DNA of 64,000 nt from Pocillopora damicornis (lineage: Eukaryota). The position numbers were made by a program, and so were the translations under genes. How positions within the stretch are numbered: the first letter of the stretch is position 1; every line of letters starts with the position of its first letter. Below are positions 35,884 through 50,800 of the stretch, piece after piece. The notes beneath the pieces were generated by a model. The model was not told where the DNA came from. It saw nothing but the letters and a program-made list of their open reading frames with translations, and ran no database searches. The stretch is taken from positions 62,001 to 126,000 of the forward strand of contig NW_020847063.1 in assembly GCF_003704095.1 (NCBI RefSeq), read 5' to 3'.

Positions 35884-38800
35884 CTACGTTTCGTCTCTCT
35901 GAAGTTCGATAGCGGCCGGTGATATCGTAAGACACGTTATCCAAATGTTCATACTTTGTTCACTCGGTGCATACATAATGTATGTACGATCTGGAGTATC
36001 CACACAAAACAGGAACCGATTTTTGCTCTTGCCACACTTCTTGTGTTCGTACACACGGGTGATGGCCTTGCAGCTGATAGCTCCTTTGGGAATATCCGCC
36101 TAGCAAGAAAAATGACAAAATTGGTAATTCCACAATTTTCTCTACCAGTAAAACAAATCAAGTTTTTGAGTACTGAAATTATCTAACATTCACCTAAACA
36201 TGTACAATCTTGATCACAAGAGTTGGAAAATTTTGCAAAGCGTAATTACTACAGAAGAAACATCATTCGAACCCGACTTTTGGTACACGCTGGAAGCCAG
36301 GTACACCGGAACTCAACGCCACTGTATTTTAAATTCTTCTTTTTCAGCGGTATTACATCGCTTCATTTAACTAACCTTTTCCGTTTCAAAGTAAGCCAAG
36401 CATTTCCTAGTTAGGTCGAGGACAAACCATCGTCTCTTCCAACTCCTTCGAACCTCTGAAAAAGACAAGCAAAACATAACAGGTTGTTTTAGCGTACCTT
36501 TGCATCTTGTTCTTTGCAGTAGAAGGGGTCGTTGGCGAAAAAAGGGAACAATTTCTAAATAACATAATTTTTCACTAAAGGAAATTGACTTCAGTTCAGA
36601 TGACGCCATTAACACGTAAAAGAATAACAAGGAAAAAAACTTTCAAAAGGTTTACATAAACTTCAAACAGTTTATAGTGGTTAACAGTATTGCCTGAGAC
36701 GTAACTAAACCGAGCAGAGGCATGGCGAGAAACAAAACGGACGGAGTAGACCCGAGTTTGAGTGAAAGGAAGTAAAAGGGATAGCTGTTGGCGATGATCA
36801 CTTAAGTAATCGCTCGGCCACCGTCAATGAGGCGTGGGTTCGATTCCCGCCCTTCTCCTGTGGATTGATCAGGATGATTGCGATGCTGAATTACACAAAC
36901 GAGTAACTAACAAAAAGATATTTAAACCAATGTCTTTTTAATGCCAACATTTTTTATAACATAACTAGTAAATTTGTCTAATCAAATTCAATTGCGCGAG
37001 CGTGCTTCATATTCCTATTGTGCACGCTCATGACGTCAGCAAACAAATCCCTCGAGAAAAACAATTTTCCATCGGGTTGAAAATGTTATAAAACAAAACA
37101 ATTGGTTCATACGTCAGCTGTGCGTTCATCGAGATATGAAACACTTGGGACATTTGGAGAGCACTCAAGAAGCTGGCGTGCTCTCCAAACTTCCCGCGTG
37201 CTTCATAGCTTCATATCTCGATGAACGCACGCTGACGTACGAACCAATGGTTAATTCATCACGTATCACTTTTATCGTACATTTGGTCAGCTGATGCCTG
37301 TACCAATATTTTCTGTGGTAGTTCTTTGTTTCATACAAGAATCATCCGCGAAGAGAGGTGTGTAGCGAAGTGAAGATTTTAGTTACACTTCAATTTTGAA
37401 AAGAACCTACATAAATATAACGTGTCTACAGATTTTGTTGCAAATTGAATATAACTCGGCCGGTTTCTCTTCTCAAAAAAAGGGTCTATCTTTTTAGAAA
37501 ATAAGGCCTGGCATCCAATCACTGCTGATTTGGCTCAAATTTAACTATCATATGCTAGCATATCAAATGCAAGGCCACTTTGAATATTTTCCAAGACTTA
37601 CGTCCTTGTTTGACCATATAGCCACAGCATCGTGATTCAGTCACTATAACATCCTTCTCTGAACCAAGATCGATACCTAAACAACGATGAAAGCGAATTT
37701 ACAAACACCTATAAAATTAGCATTCGACCAAGGACAAATTTGGACGCAAGGAATGAGAGCTCAATTAATTTTTGATGATCCAAGATGGCTCCAACTCGTG
37801 CGTAAAGATTTTTTCAAACGTTGCAGATAGGTAAATTTTGATGTTCTGATTAAAATAAATAATATACAAAAAAGGAATTGCTCTTAAAAAATTAAAAATA
37901 CCATTTCAAGTCTCCTCAAGGATGGCGTTTATTTTGAAACATAAGGAATGTGTGGAAATCCTCTAAAGTGGATGGTGTGAAACGAAAGATCGATCTTTAA
38001 GTAACCTTTTTTCATCAGATAAAGACTTACTGCATTATGGCTGATAGATAGTCCTGTCAGGAGATTTTCTTACCTTCGCTGTCGAGGTACTCTTTTAGAC
38101 TGTTGTATTTCTCGGAGATGGGAAGATTTCTCACATCAGTGGTAGGCTCTTTTGTGAAGACAAATACACACAAAAAAATTAAGTCAACGAATGGAGTGAC
38201 AAAAGAGGTAACTTAACTTATTTATAATACCGTTCCATCTCTTCTCATTCCTTCTAGAACAGCTGATCATCTTTTTTCGTCATTATAACATTATCACGCC
38301 TTCATTATTATTACCACTACGATTAGTGTTGTATAAGGGTATATCGTACAAAACTCGAATATCATCCTTAGCTGTCATGCGGCCAACATTTTTTTAAAAA
38401 CATATTATTTTTGCTCATCACAATAGTCTAATATCTCTCTAAATTCAACGAAAGAGCTCAAAGATTACCACTCTGGCTTTTTAAAGGATTCTCTGGACAT
38501 TTTCGACTTTGCAACATGTAGAATACTTGTCACAAATACTGACATACAGCTTAGCTAACAAGCGAGTTCTCCACAGCTCGGTCGGTTAAGCATTCTTTAT
38601 TGCGACATCAGGAGTGCCTAAGCTGTGAGTCTTCACAAGGACTAAAAATTCTTCCGGAGTCTCTAGCTCGCTACAACTTTTTAACATATTTTTTTAAACG
38701 ACTGTTGCACTCTTGACTGACTCGAGGGGATTCAGAATCAATACGGCTTCATACATGCGTCTAAACCTAATGGCCTACCCAGCCGAAGCTTGTCCCGGTT

Positions 38801-41800
38801 TCCAAAGCATAAAGCGATTATGAGTATTACTACTCTCCCTGGATGGGATGCCAGTCCGTCACAAGGCTCCCGCCCTGCATTTCATCAGCCTTCCCTGACC
38901 ATTCGTTGGTCAGGGAACCCTTTACACTCGTGGGTGGTGAGATGCGGTTAGACTTAAGTGTGTTGCCCGAGAACAAAACACTAAACCCGACCGGGCCTCA
39001 AACCCACAGCCTTACGGACTAACATTGGGCCTTAACGGCTCACCGAAAAAACTTACCTGCATTGACAGCATTCACTATCTGCTCAGTGTAGAATTTGCTG
39101 CTCCCGACCCGTCGCAACAACGTTGTTTTCTTAGGAGCTCTTTTTTGCCGCAGATCAGTGGTCAACATATCATCCAACGAACGACTGCGTGTCATCCGCC
39201 TCCTCGGCATAGACAACGACTTCATAGATGACATCAGAGTATCCGGGTCCTCTTCGGACAGGTTAGAAGCCTCGCTTGGCCAGGTCCCGGATGCGTCAAG
39301 TCCGTTATCAAGCGAACTGTTCCTGCTACCCTTAAACACGCTAAAATGATCGTTTGAACTCTTTTTTTGCAAGGCACGGTGAAGAGTAGCTGTGTGGAAG
39401 GAAAATGTAGAAGAGTAATCTTCGGAGTCCACTTCGGCAAGTTTACGAATCAAACTGCAGTATTTTTCCTGGAGCTCCTGAAAAGACAAAATCAAGTGGG
39501 TGTCTCACAAAATCTGTAACCACCGTAAAATCCCAGCTATAACCCCCTCCCCACCCATCTTACAGGGAACAACGCACAACGTTCTCAGTGTGGTCTTTTG
39601 GCCAAAAAACGGCACTTGCAATGTTACAAGGCTCACGAAACCGCTGACCACATCATTGTCTTGAGCGTGAGCGTGATTCACGCGCCCTCTCTAAGCTTAA
39701 TACTTCGGAGAGAGGGTCAAATAATTATAAAAGAAAACAACAGCTTCTGAGAAACATTTAAAGACCATACCATGAAATCTTGTTTGAACAACGTCACATA
39801 TTATTACACGGCCACCAAACACAGGTTGCCATAACTACCACTATGGTCGCAGCTTGGAGCAGTGCAGTTTAGAGGCCCTCTGTCTCGTCGAAATGCCTCG
39901 GAAAGTGATCAGCCACCTGCCTTGATTAAACTTGTCGAGTAGCACTGACATTGACGTTTTAAGTTATTTTGTCATCAGTGCTAGCTCTTGTCAGCCATTG
40001 AATGCTGGAGAGGATGCTGCCAGCTTTCTAGACCAATCGTAGAGCGGGTTAAAGCCGAACCGATCTCATTCCAGATTGCTTTTGACACACTAATCAAAAC
40101 TGCCCCAAATCAGAGACGTTATTCAGGAAAGGAATTTTGAGAGGGATTTAAATATGTACGCCCAAATTTTGTTACCTCGTATCTATCTTCTAGTTTCAGT
40201 GCCTCCAGCTCGGCTGCTTTTGAAGCATCGTGAACATGATCATAACGATATCGATTGACATAGAATGACGACCACAATTTAAGATAAGGTATTCTGTACA
40301 GGGGACGAAGCACTCTGGGAAAAAATATAGAAACAAGCACTTATATAAGTTAAAGCAGTCAACCTTTTAAGTTATAACACGAACAAAAGTTTAGGTCACG
40401 GGGAGGACACCGTCAAGACCTAAGAGCAGACACCGGCACTACTATTACCTAATATCAAATTTTAAAATACGGCTTGTAAAATCATTTCTGACACGTTAAG
40501 TTATCGGTTCTTTCGAGAAACAGGCCCTTACACCCACACGTGGGTTGGTTTTGTAGTTAGCTCTTTTCCTTGCTCCTAAGCTATTTTGTCTGAATTCTCC
40601 TGGAATCCTCCCTCCATAAAAAACGCAAATTTAGATTTGACTTGGTAAAAGAGGAAAAAGACCATCAAAGGAGCAACAGGATTTGGCTTTTGACGCGAAT
40701 GATTCTGAGAAGAACACGTCTAAGTTAAAGTGTATCACAGCAACCTGCCCTCAGAATGCCGTTTGAAGTCAAGTTTACAGAGAGTCCTCCTCGTATACAT
40801 CTCCAGCACTCTGTCATACTTTAGTAGGAGTACCTTTTATAAATTCAAATCTGGCGCATTTCTATGGGTATAAAAATAACTCAGAGTTTTTTCAAAGTAA
40901 CAAAATCCCCCCAACAAGGGTTGACGAGAGGATTTGACGCAAACGTAGAGATTTTCCTCTTGAATCTCAGCGAACTGTTTGAGAGGGCGCCAGCGCTGAT
41001 TCAGGAATGAAAAGTTAACGCCCGTCCAGATTTGTCTCGTGAATTCATGTAGCGTCGTACGTTAAAACATTTTGTGAGGTGTAACCTTTGTGAGATTAAA
41101 AATTGAAGGAGTTAAAGTATCAAAATAAAAGCTGTCTTCAGAGCGAAAAAATAAATCAACACTGTTCACTGACTCCAGATTTACTTAACGGTGCTATGAC
41201 ATCCTTTAGAGACAACGGAAAAGGACACAGTGTTGTGATTTGTTTAAAAAATACTCGATTCATGGGTTAGTTGATTCTCACTCTAGTCTTACCTCTGTTG
41301 CTGTTGTTCCTTATAACGCAAATTGATGAACTTTTCAGGGTTTGCCATGGTAGTCACGTTTAACCAGGTCCAAAGGGAAATTGTCTTATCCTCATATTCT
41401 TCCTGTTAAGAAGACAACAAACCAATATTTTCCTTTTGAAAAATAAAGTTCTGAGTAACACGCACAATACAACTGCCTTCCATATACAAAATCATTTCAC
41501 AGGTCGAATTTGTTGATAAAACCGCTAGTGAGATTTCCGCCCAGCACCCTACTATCTTAAAACAAAGCATAGTCCCCGAGGAAATCTATTGTTTTCGCCA
41601 TTGTTTTCTTTGTATAGGTAATAACATGATTTCGGGAACAATTTGATGTTAATAAGGTAATTTAGTATTATAAACTGAGTTGATAACGTAAATTGGCCAC
41701 CGTAAAGATTTTAAAAGCTGACGTTTCGAGCGTCAACCCTTTGCTGCTCGAAACGTCAGCTTTTAGACTCTTTACGGTGTCCAATTTACGTTATTAACTC

Positions 41801-44800
41801 AGTTGATAATACTAAATTACCCTGTTATATTCTCCCAACGACGCAGCACCACAATTTCTTACCCCCTTATTCTTTGGTGTTAATAAGCACGAGTTAATAT
41901 TTCAAAGACAACAAAATTGCACGAAAAATCACGTTGTTACTTGTTAACAATTTACATGAAAAACGCATCACAATAAATCAAAACGGACGAAATTTTAGCA
42001 GCGCGCGCTATTTGTAATTTGCACTCGTGTTACAACTTACCATGCCAACCAGAAGCGCGTAAATTTTTTAATGCATATTATTAATTCAAGAACTGTGTGC
42101 ATCATGAAGTAGGGGCTGTGCAGAAATTTTACAAACCGTTACCAACGTTATGAAGTTTATCTTAGGAGTCAAGTACGCTTCAGAGTCCATATCATTTTTA
42201 TCTTCGTTATCATAAAGCAGGTGGATAATTGTAAGACAATAACCTCAGTTTGAGATTATAAGGAGTAACCTTACCTTCCAAACTTTTCCTTCAAATATGC
42301 TGAAAATTCGACTATGGCTTAACCCTTTATACCCTAACATCAGTATACAAGTTCTCTTTACTGTTCTCCTCACATTTCCTTTAGTATTTACAGGGAGAAT
42401 TTGTTTAACAATCAATCGCAATCATTTCCTGTATTCCCGTAACCTTAATATTTGATTCAGGGGGGATACTGTTGTAGAAATTAGATGGTTATCACTCCTA
42501 GGGGTTAGAAGGTTAAAACACTTCTCTATCAGACAGGTTACTATGGAATCTCAAAGTAAGATGGGAACTTAATTTTTAAAAATACTTAAAGATAAAAAGT
42601 ACAAAGCTTCTGAATCGTAGTCTTTCTTTAAACACGTGACAGAAAAAATACACACTGCTGTAAAAAATTGAGCGTCAACATACAAATAGATGAGGCTTGA
42701 AGTTACGTACCTCTTCTCTCTCGCTTTCTGCGTTGGCAATAAACGTTCCAAATCGCGAGGAATAAACGTGTTCTGCAATTACCTAAAACAGAAATAAGTG
42801 CAGTGAGGACAAGGTATAACTTATCAGGTAGCACCGTCCAACATTGGAAAAAGGCTGAAACTTCCACAAAGGCCGTGTAGTGAAAGACACATTAACAACT
42901 CTTGGTCTCTGTTTATCAGTTAGTTAGAGAGATACTTGAATGCGAGAATAAAAACGCCCATGCACTTGGTGGAGAAATACACTGCAAACCAGCGCGTGCA
43001 TCAATGCTGGTCATAACAACTGCGCGAGATATTCACTCAAGAGGTCTGCTGCGAGCGTGGAGATGGAAACTTTTTGTGTAAATCTTTGACTCTGCAACAG
43101 AATTTGGTCGCAGCAAAAGGTCGCATAATTTCCAACTGGCTTGAATTAGCACAACTTGGCATTGCCTGTTGACCCTTTCCCTCTCAAGATCTCATTAGTA
43201 GTTCTCCTTGTCGCCCGCCATCAATTCTCATAAGGTTGGTTTGGAAAACTCTGTATTGCATCATTTTATAACCCCCTTATTTTTATTTTTCCTCATTCTC
43301 GTCACACGTCTGCTTGATTTAACAANNNNNNNNNNNNNNNNNNNNNNNNNNNNNNNNNNNNNNNNNNNNNNNNNNNNNNNNNNNNNNNNNNNNNNNNNNN
43401 NNNNNNNNNNNNNNNNNNNNNNNNNTGACACCGCGCGTTATATCCGAACTTGGTATTGTAAGAAGAAATTCTGACTTGGCCACTGATGGGAGTTAAAGAA
43501 CAAGTGCCAATTTGCAGCTTGACCCTCACGATAAGAGCACACGAAGGTCGCGATGATAGCAAGAGAAAAACGCATTCCACAATAACGACGATTAACGTAC
43601 AGTGCCTTACATCTTACCTCAAGTAAAAGGCTGTTAAACTCGAACGAGAATGGAAACTGTTGAAGGACCTGCAAAGACAGAATCGTCGTTTTTTATCAGT
43701 CTGTTCCAGTTTGGAAAACGGAGCGTGATAGTAATTGGCGTGCTAGTTGCAGCGGAGGGAAAAAGAGGAGAGAGGCATGGGTCGGGTCACATAGCGAAGA
43801 AATCGCATGGCTTTCTTGACCAATCAACTCTACTTAAACTCCAGGTTGACCAATCCAAGCTCCCTTATACCTTTTTTTGTCTGTTTTCAGGTCGTAAGGA
43901 GTGACTTAAATAAGTGCAATATATCATGCCACCATCGGCCACTTTACCTGCCAAACACAGTCCAACCATTGAAGAAACACCGGACTGTAATCATCATGAG
44001 CCTGCGGGGACATGGTACGGGAGTAAAATTTGTGACCAAATGATAACCATTCCTTTTGAATCAAGATCTGGATAAAAGGAGACAAATCAGAAGTGAGTTA
44101 CACCTAACAAAATGTGAATAAGTTGAAGTTTGCAAGCAGATTTGACAAAATTGGATGAGATTTGATGATCTGGTGGTTAACTTGCTGGAAAAGTCTGGTT
44201 TCAAGTACCAGCTATAGTTATTGTGTCGTGTTCTTGTGCAAAACAAAAACGTCACGCATATGGGCATAAGCCCTCTTAGCATCGCTTTTGAGAGAAAATT
44301 CCATTGTTTTTAAACGTTTTGTCGAGGCTAGAAAGGCTAATTCACAGGAATATAGAAGAGGAGCAATTACACTTGCCGTATATGAAAAATTTATTTGAAC
44401 AGTAAAAAAGCTACTGTTTAGGGTTGAATAACTTAGTAGAGACAAGGTAAGGACGGCGAACAAACCTGAAAGCCAGCCACTGTCCTATAAAAAGGATCCA
44501 GCAACAACTGAGAAAGACTTGTCACCTGACAAACGATAACCCAATAAATAATATGAACCACTGAATATAACCAACGTTATTTTCAATTTCCATAGAGTGA
44601 GCGAGGAGAAAATACCACAACAAAATTAAGTGGAAAAAAACCAAACTGTTTTCTCATTTTGTAACGAAAATTGATGTAGAATTGTCACCAAAGGGCAATA
44701 ATGCATCTGATATGACGGCCCCGGAGAAAGTGATCTACAAAATGATTGGACGTCTTTGACAAGAGACCAAATTTGTTTTAGGTGGCTAAGCTTGAAATTT

Positions 44801-47800
44801 TGTCTCTATTCACTCGCTGGGTGCGCATAATTTAATGAAAAGTTGCTTCTGAAATGTAGTGGGATGCAACACAAGAGAACCGATGGTGGATTTAAGTATA
44901 TTGGTATAAAATAAACAGAAAAAAACCCTGACAGTGTCAGTCAATGCACATTCAGATAACTGCAGGTCAACGCAAACACAGGCACACATTCATTTGCGTT
45001 CATTTGTAACTCCAACTTGGATTATCTGAGCCTAAGAGGAGTTGCATTACTTTTGGGAACTTTTGCCTGAATTTAGCAAAATCGCCATTTATAACATGAA
45101 AATCTTCGCCATCTTCCACAATTCTCGTCATTGTTTTAATCTACTATAACGTCTTTACTGTTTATCCATAATAGCAGACTATTTTTAAACTTAGTCTAGT
45201 TTCCAAATGGCAGAAAATTGACTCAAAACATGAAGATTAGCGCCTGTCATTGAAAACACACCTGAGCTGTTCTGTCCATTCCGTCTTCATAACTGATCAT
45301 GACAGATGACTTGTCACAATCCATAGCAACTGAAATGTGAGTGGCTGTTTTGAGCAGCTCGCTGACTTGCATCAACCAATCACAATCATCCAGCGCAGAA
45401 AGCCATTTACTGTCATCACTGGAGGGTCAAAGTAATGCATTAGAGTGACGTAAAATGCAGTAACATGGATGGATTTCACACAAAAACACAACCCATTGTG
45501 ACTTGACCGCTTTCCCGCGCTAAAGGAAGGTTAAATGTATTGCTTTAACCTCTCACCATATGATACTTTCCTTTGTTCTTATTTCCCGTTATGATCACTT
45601 TGGTTTTAGTTTTACGACGCTGGATCAAAAAGAGCTCCATTAAAACCAGAAAAACCAACAAGATAATTCGGTTTTATCAACTGAGTTGATGATGCGAACT
45701 GGCCACCGTAGATAGATTCTGAAGCTCACATATCGAGCGTCAGCCCTTTGTCAGAGCGAAAGGGAAAAACAATAGGAATTGGAAAAACAACAGACATAGA
45801 AACTGACAAGGAGCAAACACTCAACATTCTCACCTTCTGTTTGCGAGAACTGCTTGAAGTTTGTACGCACTCTGCTTCACAGATTTGACATCTGGTATTC
45901 CCTCAGCATACATAAACTTGATGTTAGGATAATAGAAAGCTGAGACAAGAGAACGCAAAAAAAAATTATTATTTGATGTCTGCGTTAACTTCTGAGTAAC
46001 CCTCTCATAATCAGACGTTTTTTGCTTACTTAGGGTTACAACTGAAGCTGTAATAAATATAACAATACGTGAAATTTGTATTAAAATCAGAAATAGTATA
46101 AGACGACGAGAATGTAGCGATTTGAGTACAAAATCACCATTGAAAACAAACATCTTCTTGTAAAATTACCAATAAAATTTGGATGCCATGGAAATGTCAA
46201 TTCACACCAAACAGAAATTGACCCAAACAAATTATCACATGAATGTTGTTCATTTTTTAAAATCAGAGTACCATCCCCTTCTTTGCTGCATATAATATTA
46301 AGTGTGCAGAGGTCATTTTAGATCTGCAGTTTAAGTGTTACATCAGGGGGAGATGACTTACTCTCGCCTTCCTGTGGAGTGAGCTGTCCTGTCATTTGAG
46401 TCACTTGTTGAGAAGAGTTCAGTAACCCTCCTCCTGACTGTCTTATTCTAAAGCAGAAGACAACATCGGTTACCAACAAATTAAAAATTCGATTACGGGC
46501 GCCGCCATTTAGAAAAACAAATTGCGGAAACCACAAGGCTCAGGAGGAGACAATAACATTTAATTTTTTAAATTAATATTTCCTTTTTGGCTCTTCACAG
46601 TTTCGAATTAGAGCAATCAAAGTCATTTGATTACTCTTCATCTACAATTTTACGTACTGTTCAGTGAAAACAACCAGTTTTTCTGTAGCAGCTTCACTAA
46701 GTGCGCTGACTGTTACAAGATACTTCTCATCTGCTGGGCAACGCGAGTCTTTAAGGCCTCTGCAAGAAACAATTCGAACAAAATTAGTAACTTGAAGCAA
46801 AAGCCAAGAGATCTTTTTTCTAGGACGTGCTACAGATATTTTTTCTGCAACATTTACTTCAAAACGCTAAAAACTGAGGCTCCTCCCGAACGCAATCTCC
46901 AAACCGTCTTCCTCAGTTCCCTGAGGATACACTATTTCCTTTGAATGAAACAATTTAAGGATACATCGACAGTCCCTTACATTAATCAATGTTCCAACAT
47001 TTCACTTTACACTGACGATCTAAAGGATTCCTCTCACAGAAAGGCAACATCTCAATGCCCAGACCTTACAACCCGGAAACTCCCAAGATTTGATCTGTAA
47101 TTCTCTCTTCAAGTTCCTGCACATTTCTTGTACATCAGTTATGTATCACCAGTTTGTTGGATAAGATGTGTTGATATTGTAAGAAGCGAAATGTTAACTA
47201 ATGACACATGTCAAATGAGCATGTGTCAATCAAATACCACTGTTCGTACCTTCTGAACAATGCTGCAGGAGACCTTAACATGACTGCACCGCAATTGATA
47301 TGTCTCCAGCAAACTACTGGGAAACATCCTTCTCCTCTGCAAGAAGAAATAAAAACTTTGAGATAACGGAAAAATTACTCCTGGTCCTAGAAATTCCAGG
47401 ATTCAAGCCAAGTTTGCCATCAAGAGCAGTTGCATGAACAGCCAATCTAATTAAATACACTGCCGACCATCAATTATCTACCTGTGAACGTCAGCTATTT
47501 CAGTTAACTCCTCCTTTGTCACTGAAATCGGCACAACCACTTTTGCTGGATAGTGTAAAGGCCGTGTTCCTTCTGGAACAAGAATAAGAGGTTTTAAAAC
47601 TAAATTTATAACTAAAAATTTCGTTATAAATAAATTTAGCCTTATTTACTAGAAAGTGGTAGATAAACGAGGTATTTATTTTAGTAGTTACATGAAGAGT
47701 ACACAAGGAAATTCTTTTGGACGTGTACTCACTGTGAATTTGCCAGTTTCCAGTATGGAATAACTTGAGTCGGTCACACTCAACTGCAAAAAATTACAAC

Positions 47801-50800
47801 ACATAATACTTTCTAAAATGCGAACTTAATTAATTAATGGTGTATAGGAAATTTGTGTTCTGTATGTTTATTTCCGTCATCTTCGAAAGTCTTAAATGAA
47901 TTCCATGCAAAGAAAGCTCTCATAGTCATGAAAACAATTTGGCAATGATTCTTATCATGAGTCCCATTTTAATGTCGCATCCAACACTGACTGCAACGCC
48001 TCCTTTGAAAATCTAAAAGTTAAAAGTCCCATATTCTTTAGCCTTGTCACACCCAAGATCTAAAAGGTAATTCTCCTTACCGTCTGCCATACAATTCTTA
48101 TGATGTTAGTGTGGGGAATACTGGGTCAACTAATAATCCCCTGATTGATATTTCTCTTTATTATCATCATTTGGCTGCTTGATATTGTATTGGTATTGTA
48201 AGGAGATATTCAGTCTTGGTCACCCGTGGCAGTTAAAATGTGGGGGATAAAATCAAACCTATGAGGATTTGTGGGGTGATTACTTTTATTAGGAAATGAT
48301 GGATATGAAAACAGTCCATTTACCTTCAAACTTATAGAAGTTGGGAGCATCTTTACTGTCCAAAATAGTACATGACGTAGGCAGAATGATGGAGCTTTTA
48401 TAAGTAAAGGCAAATAACTTAGAAAAATCCTGCAAGAAATGGAAAAACTACCGTTACATAATACCATGCTCTAGCAGAGGATGTTTAAAGATTGTTATTA
48501 GTTCATTTTAAGGTGATTCCTTAGTATCACACTGAGCAACCTGTGTCGCACATAAAAAATATCAAAAATCAGGTGAATAGGCATGCCTGCAATCAGTTTA
48601 GAGCAAGCACAGAAACCCACTTTTTTATTGTAGTTTTCAAAACAGACTTTGGTAGGGAACATTTTTAATATGAAAAGTTTTAAAAAACCTTTGATAACTT
48701 TTTTTGTCTGAGGAATCATCTTAAGTTTGCTTAAAACTGGGAACAACCACTTTCCCTCTTGGTCACTTTAAAACAATTAAAAGAAAATCCACAACTGTTT
48801 GAAAGGGAGGTGTTAGTATCGCAATAATGAATAATAAAATTCTGAAATAATAATGAAAAGTAAAATTATTTTGAGGTGCTTATTAAGATACTTTCAATTG
48901 CTTCAACTCTTTTGTCACTGACTGCATTCCTGCATTCTTAAAACATTGTAAATGCTTTAAGTGATACCTGATCATAACAATTCAGCTTCAAGGCGGAGAT
49001 ACTAATTTCATCAAAGAGCCAATTAAAAACAGACCAAAAGTTAGAGGAAGAGATAGTCTCTTTAAAGAAGTTGTGCTACTTCTTGGAAAGAGCAGATAAG
49101 ATAACTTAGAGCTACATGTATCTCCTTCTGTGTAAGAAAGTGATGTTGTACTGGTACACTGGTACACCAGTACTACTCAAACATCAAACTTCCTGGTGGT
49201 CTTGCAATTAAGAGACATGTTATTGAGACACTTATTGAAACAAGTGTGCTTCTTGAAAAGGCCAGGGAATGTATCGGAAGGAGCTCCTTAAAATCAGTTG
49301 GTACACAAATTACCACTTACTATTTTTGAAGTTTGGAGAATGATTTTCATAACAGCCTCTGCATCAATTGTGGTCATAAGACCTGGACAGAACTAAAAAA
49401 GCACAATATATTAGACTCTGAGTTGAAAATAAAATATATGTACATGTTTAAACAAGTTCCATATACAACTTATGCTGTAGTCAATTGATACAAAAGCTTA
49501 AGATAATTACTGTAGTAGGTATGTATCCCTGTAGTGTGTGTATGAACTTGCTGTAATTTGCTATAATTTGACACACTGACCTGGTTCAGCTTAAAAGGTG
49601 GTTTAAATGGGGGCTTTTATTAACAATAACAAGGCCAGACCACGATACCAGGAGCTACATGCTGTATGGTCCCTACTTTGTTAACCAGTACTGAGAGGAT
49701 GTAGGAGACAGGACCTATAGTTTATTGTCCTTATCCAAGAAGATTACTGTAACAATGATTAACCATTTGCACATATCCTAGCAAAGGCAGTACATTCTCC
49801 TCAGTTAATTTAAGATCCTGAGTGTTGGTCCATTCTAAGGCTGAAACCCTCAACCTCCCCCACTGCAGCCTGGTGCTCTTCAATGTGAGCTAACCAAGCA
49901 CATAGTAAGAGCTGCAAGGATCATTTTTCCCAGTGAGTTACAGCTAGAATACAATGCACTTACCCTATGTGATTGGATGTTGCTACAGAAAATTTCAAAT
50001 CCATCCAACAAAAACATTTGTTTGTCTTTTGGCAAGTTCTTCTTGGAGAACTTCTTAATGTCAAAAATGCTTGAAAGAGGAATGGACACTTCCACTTCAT
50101 AACTATGATCTGTTTGATAAAAATAAAAAGAGAAAATGCAAAAAGCTGTTAGCCACAATAAGCACAAGGTGACATCATCTGATCACACTGTACAACTGTA
50201 TGTAATAACCCCAGGCTTTTGTACACGGGTGACCCTGGGAAACAAAAAGGAGAGTTCACAACTGTAGTGACAGTGTAAACACACTTGACACAACTATTAC
50301 TGTTACAATGCTCCCTTGTAAAAGTTGGAAGTGACAAATTTTGACTGCATGAAGAACTGCCCAAGAACATAACACATTGACCTGGCTAGGTCTTGAACCC
50401 AAACCTCTTAACCCAGAGTCCAGTGCACTGACCATTAACCCACCCTGTCTCCTACAGTAATTTATTTTGAATTTCGATACACAGCAATTATTGTTTTCTT
50501 TGATAGTAATGTTAAATGTACTAAAGATCAAGTAAGGTCAGCACAAAACAATCACACAGAATCTAAAAGACTCTAATGGACTTTTGTTACCTGCCTCTAA
50601 ACCCTTTAAATCCCAGAAGTGACTAACATGTAACTTCTCCCTATAATATCTATACTGTATCCAGAAAACAGGTAACGAGAACACTCAAACATATCAGGCA
50701 GAAGTTGTTTATCTTGATCTAACACCAAATTCTTGCAACTAGTTCACATGGATATGTGTAGCAGCAAAAAGGGAAAATTGTCAATCTGACCTTGTGAGTT

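Noticed and set aside
36790-36855. tRNA-like GGTTCGATTCCC B box
   Set aside because: No full cloverleaf; likely a SINE remnant.
47950-48012. Possible extra myotubularin exon ([18 protein letters not shown])
   Set aside because: Phase is incompatible with the neighbouring exons, it ends in a stop, and the domain is complete without it.
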